Of a stretch of DNA of 64,000 bases, positions 56,585-64,000 are shown in pieces. The notes beneath the pieces are model-generated. The model had not been told where the DNA came from and made no database searches. It saw only the letters and a program-made list of their open reading frames with translations. Both the position numbers and the translations under genes were made by a program. Position 1 is the stretch's first letter. Each line of letters begins with the position of its first letter. Source of the DNA: Candidatus Enterousia sp. (lineage in GTDB: Bacteria > Pseudomonadota > Alphaproteobacteria > Rs-D84); assembly GCA_045613785.1 (NCBI GenBank), contig JAZLBQ010000004.1:74039-138038 (forward strand). The letters run 5' to 3'.

Positions 56585-59500
56585 ATGAAAAATCACTTTT
56601 ACAATACTTTGATTGGTGTTTCTGTTTTGCCTGCGTTATTCATAATGCCGGCAATGGCAGAAACGATTACCCAACGTCAGGTAATATCAACTGACACGAC
56701 ATATACAGACGCTGTTGCAGAAAATATTGCATCTACGACTGCGAACAACGGTGGTGTATTCTATATGCAAGACGTTCCAGAAGTAGTTTTGGAATTCCAA
56801 GGCGAAACATTGTTTACTGGAAATTCATTAAATGATGGTGGTATGGGTGGTGTTATTGGAAATGGCTGGTTGTCTTCAACATCAGGCTCTGGCTACACCC
56901 AAGGAGGCAAGATTTTATTTGCTGGTTCAACAACCTTTGCAGGCAACAGCACTAATAATGCAAATGGCGGTGGTGCTATATTTAATTACGGTCTGGGCAA
57001 TGCCACCAACCCAGATATAATATTTTTACAAGATGCAGAATTTGCAAACAACCTGGCCACTCAGCCAATGAATAGTGTTTATGCAGGTGGTGGTGCAATC
57101 AATCATCGCAATGGTATGATTGTCTTTAACGAGGGGGCAAATTTTTCAGGCAATGAATCTGCATCTCAAGGCGGTGCAATTTTAACAGCTGGTGATATAA
57201 TATTTAACGGCCCAACATCATTTGCAAATAATACCGCAACAACAAATGGTGGTGCATTGGCGATAATGGGTGGCACAACAACATTTGATACAGCAGCGAC
57301 ATTTACAAAGAATTCAGCGGGCGGTGCATCTGCAATATATTTGTCCGAAGATGCGGAAACTCTTGAATTCAAAGGTGCTGCAATCTTTTCAGAAAATTCA
57401 GGTGTTGGAACATTGTTTAATAATTCAGCAAATGCATCGGTTATCTTTGTAGATGGTGCAGAATTTAACAAAAACACAAACTCCTATAACGGAGCATTGA
57501 TAAACGTAGGCAATGTTTCGTTGACAGGTGGTGATATGACGTTTAGCAATAACACTGGCAGCAATGGAGGAGGTCTGAAAAATACAGGCACCGTAACAAC
57601 GAATACAACTGGCAAAATATTGTTTAGTTCCAACAGCACGACCAGCACGGCTGGTGCATTGGATAATGGTGGCGACATAACATTTAATGCGTCCCAGATA
57701 TCGTTCACGGGGAACAAATCAGACTCGGGTTATGCTGGTGCAATCTTTAATGCAGGCGATTTAACGATATTATCCGCTAAAAATACATTTTCGAATAATA
57801 TTGCAAATGACAGTGGCACAACCAAAAGTGGTGGTGGTGCAATTCACAATCGTGGCAACACAAATACAGCCAGTTTAGTTATCGGCACCAGCGACAGTAT
57901 AAATACATTTGCATCAAACAAGTCCAACGCATACGGCGGTGCGATTGTTGCTCGTGCATTTGACGGCGATACCGCAAATTCAGATGTTGTAATCAACGGC
58001 AAGACAACGTTTTCTAGCAATACGTCTGCATTGGACGGCGGTGCAATATGGAACGCAGTTTCTGCCGACAACGGAACAACAGGCACATCAACAATTGTAT
58101 TTAATGGCGATACAACATTTCGCAATAATTCAGCCGGTGGCATAGGCGGTGCAGTGTATAATAACGACACGATTACATTTAATGGCACAACCGTGTTTTC
58201 TGGAAATACCGCAGCTGGCAAGGCCAACGATATTCACAACGATGGCACTGTCAATTTCAATGGCGATACAACAATAAATGGTGGTATAACAGGGACAGGA
58301 ACTTTGAATGTTGCGTCTGGCACAACATTAAACATTGGCACATCTGACATAACCCAGGGTGCGATTGCCTTGGACGGCACGATGTTAGCCACATTACGCA
58401 GTGGTGAAACAAGTCAAATTACGGTCAATAATGAAGGTGGCTTTACAGGCACCGGCAAATTAAAATTGTCATTTGATCATGCTGGCACATACCAGGTTTT
58501 TGGTAATCAGACTTTTGATAACGTTGACATCAGCAGTTCGGTTTATGATTTATCTTGGGACAACGGTGCTGTCACAGCAACGACCAAGTCTGTATCTGAT
58601 CTCGCCCAGGAAAATAATATAACCCAAGACACAGCCCGTGTAATTTCCAGCGTATCAGAATCATCTTCTGTCCGACTGAATGATTTGTCTGTTGCGTTCC
58701 AGGAAAAGTTGTCATCTGGCACAGCGTCTGATCTTGCAGAAGTTGAACAGGCAGGTTTGGCAATAAATCCAGAACGTGCAGCCGTTCCTCAGTCTGTTGC
58801 CACATCATCACAGCATACGATTTCGACCTTGCTTTCAAATCGTCTGGCTATGTCAGGACTTGGACGCAGTGGCGGTGATGCGAACCTTGACTTTGGTGGC
58901 GTATGGGCCCAAGGCTTATATAACAAGTCAAAATTAAATGATAACTTTAACGGTTATACACGTGGTGTTGCACTGGGTGTTGATGGGACAATAAATGAAG
59001 TCTGGACATTGGGTATGGGGTATATGTTTGCACACTCTGACATCAGTGCCACCAGTCGTGATACAGACGTTGATTCATCGACTGTATTCATCTATGGACA
59101 GTATAAGCCAAGTCAATGGTATGCCAGTGCGATTGTAAACTATACAATGTCTGACTATAACGAACGGGGCAGGGCATTTAATGTTGGTGTCACATCGGAT
59201 TATGATATAGATACCTTTGGTGCACGTCTTGCCAGTGGTTATAACTTTATTGGTGGTATAACACCGGAAGTATCGATGCAATATATGCACATAAATTCAT
59301 CGGACTATACTAATTCATTGGGGATAAAAAATCATATGGACGGTGCGGATTATTTGACTGCATCGTTATCTACCAAATATGAATTTGATATCTATATGAA
59401 CAATGGTTGGATAGTTCGTCCTCAGTTACATTATGCAATCAAGTATGATTTGATATCTGATGAAAACACCATGTTGGTTAGCATGCCAGGTGTAAATTCA

Positions 59501-59662
59501 TATGTCTTGGACGGTCGGCGTTTATCACGCATTGCGAACGAGGTTGGTCTTGGCATAGGAATGAACTATAATGGTCTGGAAATGTCATTAAATTATGACA
59601 TTCAGGCACGTTCAAACTATACCTCTCAAACAGGTCGTATGAATTTCAGATATGAATTTTAA
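56585..59662 (+). CDS. Autotransporter with Chlamydia Pmp-like FxxN/GGA(I/L/V) repeats
   Basis: Signal peptide; many FxxN...GGAI repeats; GRSGG linker; beta-domain VWAQGLYN...; C-terminal FRYEF. Confidence 0.92.
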   Translation: MKNHFYNTLIGVSVLPALFIMPAMAETITQRQVISTDTTYTDAVAENIASTTANNGGVFYMQDVPEVVLEFQGETLFTGNSLNDGGMGGVIGNGWLSSTSGSGYTQGGKILFAGSTTFAGNSTNNANGGGAIFNYGLGNATNPDIIFLQDAEFANNLATQPMNSVYAGGGAINHRNGMIVFNEGANFSGNESASQGGAILTAGDIIFNGPTSFANNTATTNGGALAIMGGTTTFDTAATFTKNSAGGASAIYLSEDAETLEFKGAAIFSENSGVGTLFNNSANASVIFVDGAEFNKNTNSYNGALINVGNVSLTGGDMTFSNNTGSNGGGLKNTGTVTTNTTGKILFSSNSTTSTAGALDNGGDITFNASQISFTGNKSDSGYAGAIFNAGDLTILSAKNTFSNNIANDSGTTKSGGGAIHNRGNTNTASLVIGTSDSINTFASNKSNAYGGAIVARAFDGDTANSDVVINGKTTFSSNTSALDGGAIWNAVSADNGTTGTSTIVFNGDTTFRNNSAGGIGGAVYNNDTITFNGTTVFSGNTAAGKANDIHNDGTVNFNGDTTINGGITGTGTLNVASGTTLNIGTSDITQGAIALDGTMLATLRSGETSQITVNNEGGFTGTGKLKLSFDHAGTYQVFGNQTFDNVDISSSVYDLSWDNGAVTATTKSVSDLAQENNITQDTARVISSVSESSSVRLNDLSVAFQEKLSSGTASDLAEVEQAGLAINPERAAVPQSVATSSQHTISTLLSNRLAMSGLGRSGGDANLDFGGVWAQGLYNKSKLNDNFNGYTRGVALGVDGTINEVWTLGMGYMFAHSDISATSRDTDVDSSTVFIYGQYKPSQWYASAIVNYTMSDYNERGRAFNVGVTSDYDIDTFGARLASGYNFIGGITPEVSMQYMHINSSDYTNSLGIKNHMDGADYLTASLSTKYEFDIYMNNGWIVRPQLHYAIKYDLISDENTMLVSMPGVNSYVLDGRRLSRIANEVGLGIGMNYNGLEMSLNYDIQARSNYTSQTGRMNFRYEF

Positions 59663-59678
59663 TTTTGAAAAACGGAAC

Positions 59679-59712
59679 AAACAACCACCTTCATCTAGGT
59701 GGTTGTTTTTTT
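59679..59712. terminator. Bidirectional terminator
   Basis: AAACAACCACCT-TCATCT-AGGTGGTTGTTT followed by T tract. Confidence 0.75.
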
Positions 59713-59740
59713 GTTTATTCGCTGCAATAGTTTTGCATAC

Positions 59741-60058
59741 TCAGGTCTTTTTGTGTCCCTCTTTACTGTTATGTATAACATGCAGTGCGTTTTTATATTG
59801 GCAATCTGGCTTTGGAATTGCGGTCAGGGCGGCATAGCATATCAAATTGTTGCCAAGTTTTACGTTGATTGCTGGTGTGGTAGGTTTGTCATCATACAGT
59901 GGGATTTCTAAACCGCTGCTTGTTTTTATATACGATATACCTGCTTTGCACCCCTTTGTGCAGGTAAGTGCTTCGGTCAATGAAAAGCCTTCGTTGCATG
60001 TCCATGGGCAGTTATCTTGGGAAGTGCCAGTGCCAGTAAATTCAGAATTGTTCGGCTT
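59741..60058 (-). pseudogene. Remnant of the 3' end of a Cys-rich surface protein gene
   Basis: Frame reads KPNNSEFTGTGTSQDNCPWTCNEGFSLTEALTCTKGCKAGISYIKT... directly after an in-frame TAA; no start, SD or signal peptide. Confidence 0.55.
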
Positions 60059-60208
60059 TTAGTCGTATGATGTCATAGACAACTTGATTACAAACGCAAA
60101 CTGTTCTGGCAAGGTAATAGAATCTTCCATATATGAAAACAAATCATACTTTGGTAAAGTCTAACTGCACACCCACAATTATCAACAGATTTTATTGTGT
60201 TGCAAACC

Positions 60209-60424
60209 TTATCGCACAGATAAATTTTTTATTTTCTGTTTGTATAATTCGGCACGTATTGTTGGGCTGTTTGACCACGAAATCAAAGCGTCCCAATCTG
60301 CTACATCAAACGATTGCTTGATAGTTCCTAGTTTTTCGTGAATTTTTGTGCGTTCAGCCTCGGTTAAACCAGTGATTGCCAACAGGCGTGCTACTGATAA
60401 GTATTCTTGTGCATTTGTTGTCAT
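60209..60424 (-). CDS. Small hypothetical protein (71 aa)
   Basis: AAGGGA SD, 11 nt after the ankyrin gene stop. Confidence 0.7.
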   Translation of the reverse strand: MTTNAQEYLSVARLLAITGLTEAERTKIHEKLGTIKQSFDVADWDALISWSNSPTIRAELYKQKIKNLSVR

Positions 60425-60435
60425 TTTGTTTCCCT

Positions 60436-60993
60436 TTATTCGTCATAGAAATATGTCCAACAAGGACGCAACATCTGCCGTGCCGTCCCATAATCATCGC
60501 CCCAGATATCTTTGTCCAGGTAATCACGTGCGTCATAACCGTGACGGTCACATATTGCACTATCTATTCCGGCGACAAACAGTTCGTTCAGTAAATCCAA
60601 ACTGACATAGTTTAACACACAGTGATGCAAGGCTGTCTGGCCATTTGTATCACATCCATTTATGTTGTCGCACTTTGATATCAAGTATTTCAGAATGTTT
60701 ATATCCACCCCTGCATCAATTGCAGCAATCAGGTTCGTATAAGACACTGCTCCGCCATCTGCAACACATTGTCCGATGCGCTGTAAAGTGGCGTGATTGG
60801 CTGTCCGCCATTGTTGTTCATATTTGTTCTGTGCCTGCTTTATATGCTTGTGCATATTTTCTATCAAGATATCACGGGCTAATGCGTCTGTCTTGTGTTG
60901 TATCAGGTATTCCCAGTCAACTTTGGTCAGTTTTTCTGGGTGCTTTAAATACAAATTCCACAGCACATCAACCGCACTTGACACTTGTGTCAT
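60436..60993 (-). CDS. Ankyrin-repeat protein
   Basis: NGCDTNGQTALHH...LFVAGID...DRHGYDARDY; AAGGAGG SD. Confidence 0.85.
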   Translation of the reverse strand: MTQVSSAVDVLWNLYLKHPEKLTKVDWEYLIQHKTDALARDILIENMHKHIKQAQNKYEQQWRTANHATLQRIGQCVADGGAVSYTNLIAAIDAGVDINILKYLISKCDNINGCDTNGQTALHHCVLNYVSLDLLNELFVAGIDSAICDRHGYDARDYLDKDIWGDDYGTARQMLRPCWTYFYDE

Positions 60994-61145
60994 GCTTGCC
61001 TCCTTTGGCTGTTATTCAAAAAAAAGTATGGAAATTAAAATTCTGTCCCACCGGACAATACAGATATAGGTCAAAATCCATAGAAATCAAGTCGATTTCA
61101 TTGAAATATAAACACACACGAAATTCCGGAAAGGGAATAGGAAAC

Positions 61146-61928
61146 TTACAGATTCTCCAATTTCATCACGATTTCCAGCAAATCATTTGGGATGTATGTT
61201 TTTGCCTTTTCGATAAGTTCTGATGGAATACCATAATAAGCCTCAGCGACCGAGCCTGTGATAGCAGCAATTGTATCGCTGTCGCCACCGATAGAGATTG
61301 CATTGCGGATTGCGTCTTCAAAGTCTGTTGATTCAAAGAAGCATTGCAGGGCAGGCGGCACTGTTCCCTGACACGAAGAATCCCAATCATAGTATTCCTG
61401 CAAATCCGCCAGACAATCGCAGGTCGGGTAATAGTTGTTGCGGATGTATTCGGCTATATCGTCTTTGCTGTGGCCGGTGCGTGCCATAAAGATTGCGACG
61501 GCAACTGCCTCCGCACCTTTGATACCTTCTATATGGTCGTGGGTTGGAGATGTCACCAAGTATGACAGACGTTTAACCTCGGCCAAGTTTTCGCCCAGCC
61601 ATCCGGCCCCTGATATACGCATCGCTGCCCCATTGCCCCAACTGTTATATGGACCCATTTCTGGATTATTCAGCCATTCCCAAAACATACCACCATAGCC
61701 TTTGTCAGGATAGCGATTGCCGACCAAACGCATGGATTCTGCAGTAATTTGAGATAAGTCACCACCTTGCTCCTGCCATTGTTTAATTGCACTGGCAACA
61801 GCAATCGTCATACAAGAATCATCTGTGATATAGCAACGGTCGGACATAAAAGGAAAGTTCTTAGATCGTATGTTTGCAAATTCATAAACAGACCCGACAA
61901 TATCGCCAATAATCGCACCAAACAGCAT
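61146..61928 (-). CDS. ADP-ribosylglycohydrolase (DraG/ARH family)
   Basis: GAIIGDIVGS, TDD, SWGNGAAMR, TH, GGDSDTIAAITG; ATG 61928 after AAGGAG. Confidence 0.95.
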   Translation of the reverse strand: MLFGAIIGDIVGSVYEFANIRSKNFPFMSDRCYITDDSCMTIAVASAIKQWQEQGGDLSQITAESMRLVGNRYPDKGYGGMFWEWLNNPEMGPYNSWGNGAAMRISGAGWLGENLAEVKRLSYLVTSPTHDHIEGIKGAEAVAVAIFMARTGHSKDDIAEYIRNNYYPTCDCLADLQEYYDWDSSCQGTVPPALQCFFESTDFEDAIRNAISIGGDSDTIAAITGSVAEAYYGIPSELIEKAKTYIPNDLLEIVMKLENL

Positions 61929-62067
61929 GGGAATCTCCTTTTTCATCACTTTAGAACACCCGTTTCAAAAGTCAATATTTTCTTGTTATTTAAAACTTGA
62001 CAATATAAGTATTTGTATTATATATTGTATGTGGTTTGGTGGAAATAAGAACAAAAAGGTTCTAATA

Positions 62068-62865
62068 ATGCAAAAGAAATTGAGAAAGGATATTTTACTT
62101 CATATTCCAGCGGTCTTGGCAGGATATTTACTGGCATTGCTGGCGAATAATATTCACAGCGAAAACAAATTCGAACGGCTTCAAGACGCTGCGGTATATG
62201 CCACAGATGATCACAGTCGTGATGCTGAATTAAATCGTGCTATTTTTAATCCGCAAACGTTCGAAAATATTGAGTGGCGATACCAGACAAATCAGCGTGT
62301 TGGTGAAATCTTTGGTAAAACAGCGGCCAAAGAATATGTGATGGATATAGATTCTTTGAAATCCGGGGCGATTGCATCTGAACAAAAGTTCGGTGATGAA
62401 AAGGATTTTTGTGCTGAGGCGGTTGTCCAAGCGTATCGTGATGCTCAATCCAGACTGGGTGTTCGTCGTGCTAATCTAAAAGCAGTTCCATTTCCTGTGG
62501 AACGTTGTGCTGAATCAAAAGAATTTCACGATGCGATGAGTAATGCAAAATATTTAGTAAAATATTTTGAAGCGGACAGTGTGCCAAACTCTATTGTGGA
62601 ACATCCATCTGCAGAACAAATGGCGACAATCAGTGCAGGTTCTATAATTCGCAAGGGGCATCATTGTTATATGTATATGGGATTGGGGTATATTGATAAA
62701 GAAGGTCGCACTTTCGTTGCGAATTCTCGTGGTCGTCCTGTGGTTGCGTCCAGCGATAAAAAACAGTTGTTTGAATATTTCGATTGGTTCAGATGCACCG
62801 TTATTGATGTGCCAAAAATCATCGAATACAAATTGCAGCACGATGTTCAAAGACATGTTCGCTAA
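62068..62865 (+). CDS. Membrane-anchored NlpC/P60-like (Cys-His) protein, paralog 1
   Basis: N-terminal TM; FCAEAVVQAY (putative catalytic Cys) and ISAGSIIRKGHHCYMYMG (His strand); start set at ATG 62068. Confidence 0.65.
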   Translation: MQKKLRKDILLHIPAVLAGYLLALLANNIHSENKFERLQDAAVYATDDHSRDAELNRAIFNPQTFENIEWRYQTNQRVGEIFGKTAAKEYVMDIDSLKSGAIASEQKFGDEKDFCAEAVVQAYRDAQSRLGVRRANLKAVPFPVERCAESKEFHDAMSNAKYLVKYFEADSVPNSIVEHPSAEQMATISAGSIIRKGHHCYMYMGLGYIDKEGRTFVANSRGRPVVASSDKKQLFEYFDWFRCTVIDVPKIIEYKLQHDVQRHVR

Positions 62866-62876
62866 TACAAAAGGAT

Positions 62877-63662
62877 ATGGAAATGGATATTAAGAAAGTT
62901 TTGAATTCAAAAAAATTTACATTGCCTGCCACAGCGGTTATAACATTTTTGCTGACATTGGCATTGAGTGGTCGTGATTCAAAGGAACAATTTGCAGATC
63001 AGCAGGAAGCCAGTATTTATACAATTGATGCTGAAAGTGGGAAGCGTATTTTGAATCGCAGATATTTTGATCCTTCAACGTTCAAGGCTGTGGATTGGGC
63101 AAATATGTCTAACGCTGAAATTGGTAATTTATTAGGTGAAACAGCTGCCAAAGAATTAGCGATGGATATAGACTCTATCAATCGTCGTTTAGCGACACCT
63201 GGTAAATTGTTTGGTTTAGATTACAATTATTGTAATAAGAGTGTTACAAATGCGATTGTTGATGCGACAAAACGTATGAAGTTTCGCAATAATTGTTTTG
63301 GTGGGCGTCCGTTTGCTAAGAAAGCGGGTCGTAATGAGGCATTGTATAATGGTGATCATTTAATTCATTATTTTGCAGCGGACAGCATTCCAGGCACTGT
63401 GATTAAGAATCCAACTGCAGAAACGTTTAAAACTATCAATCCTGGTGCGGTTGTGCGTTTCCCAGGTCATACCAAGATGTTTGTTGGTATTGGTTTTGTT
63501 GATGGAACAAATGAAGTGTTTGTTCCGGATGCCGCTGGTAAACCAGTTGTTGTGTCGGGTTATAATGAACGTTTTTCGTATTTTGAAGGCGGCGAATGCA
63601 CAGTCATTGATATTGCCCGTGTTGTTGAATACAATTTAGGAAAATCTGGCCGAAATCGTTAA
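62877..63662 (+). CDS. Membrane-anchored NlpC/P60-like (Cys-His) protein, paralog 2
   Basis: N-terminal TM; YCNKSVTNAI and INPGAVVRFPGHTKMFVG; aligns along its length with paralog 1; alternative start 62883. Confidence 0.65.
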   Translation: MEMDIKKVLNSKKFTLPATAVITFLLTLALSGRDSKEQFADQQEASIYTIDAESGKRILNRRYFDPSTFKAVDWANMSNAEIGNLLGETAAKELAMDIDSINRRLATPGKLFGLDYNYCNKSVTNAIVDATKRMKFRNNCFGGRPFAKKAGRNEALYNGDHLIHYFAADSIPGTVIKNPTAETFKTINPGAVVRFPGHTKMFVGIGFVDGTNEVFVPDAAGKPVVVSGYNERFSYFEGGECTVIDIARVVEYNLGKSGRNR

Positions 63663-63663
63663 A

Positions 63664-63688
63664 ATAAACGCACCGTTTGGTGCGTTTT
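63664..63688. terminator. Bidirectional terminator
   Basis: AAACGCACC-GTTT-GGTGCGTTT. Confidence 0.75.
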
Positions 63689-63697
63689 AAAACGGGT

Positions 63698-63798
63698 AGC
63701 CATTGTCGGGATGCCAAGGCGAGTCCAAAGTCCAAGATTTCCAATAGTTTCAGACAGTCGATTTGGTCCGCCTGCATCACACTTAGCCTCACATAGCT
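63698..63798 (-). ncRNA. Candidate structured small RNA (unassigned)
   Basis: GC-richer intergenic island with nested stems GATGC/GCATC, AGGCG/CGCCT, CCAAA/TTTGG; minus-strand TTGAGT-17-TATTTT upstream and terminator downstream. Confidence 0.4.
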
Positions 63799-63846
63799 TT
63801 TTAACAAAAAATGTGATAAAATAGAAAAAACATTTAAATTACTCAA

Positions 63847-64000
63847 ATGAAACGATTAGATAAATCTGAAATTTTAAGTGCCTTATCAAAACATCCCATT
63901 GGTCGGGGAACCGAGGCGACTACATACGATGCTGGTCGCTATGTTGTGCGTGTGCCGCATACTGTAAAAATTGATAAAGCATTCAGGGAAAATTTATCCA
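63847..64000 (+). CDS. Partial CDS with protein-kinase-like N-lobe
   Basis: Not in ORF track. MKRLDKSEILSALSKHPIGRGTEATTYDAGRYVVRVP...: Gly-rich loop IGRGxE followed by a beta3-like strand; truncated by the window end. Confidence 0.5.
   Translation, partial: MKRLDKSEILSALSKHPIGRGTEATTYDAGRYVVRVPHTVKIDKAFRENLS

Noticed and set aside
1-64000. Completed UGA=Trp reassignment (code 4)
   Set aside because: No conserved gene here is interrupted by TGA, and hemW ends at a plausible length on TGA; only leakiness or avoidance is supportable.
1-64000. CRISPR array, rRNA, prophage or integron
   Set aside because: No regularly spaced repeats, rRNA signatures, phage structural genes or integrase were found by eye.

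Overview
Gene-dense, roughly 40% GC chromosomal window from an alphaproteobacterium. The lineage is inferred from gene content (virB8-9-10, olsB-olsA, def-fmt-truA, lepB-rnc, short ProRS); the many Cys-rich orphan surface proteins suggest a small-genome, host/gut-associated lineage such as Rs-D84. Left part: the start of a VirB-type T4SS operon, divergent from tRNA-Trp-secE-nusG-rplKAJL-rpoBC, then rpmF-plsX and housekeeping and competence genes. Middle: lineage-specific envelope proteins (two beta-barrels, a glycine-zipper protein, a tandem pair of Cys-rich paralogs, MltB) plus lipid and translation genes. Right (~53-64 kb): an accessory region with an LRR-like protein, a Pmp-repeat autotransporter, an ankyrin protein, an ADP-ribosylglycohydrolase, two NlpC/P60-like paralogs, a candidate sRNA and a kinase-like fragment. 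No CRISPR array, rRNA, transposase or prophage was seen. Main signals: (1) a VirB9-SPOR fusion, plus seven orphan proteins that all end in Arg, possibly a T4SS effector set; (2) a tRNA-Trp(CCA) with a 4-bp anticodon stem and A24 in a window where only 1 of 57 called genes stops at TGA; (3) a protein made of four tandem Brinker-like HTH units; (4) recurrent leaderless promoters; (5) several structured non-coding segments. All family assignments come from motif recognition by eye, not from database searches.
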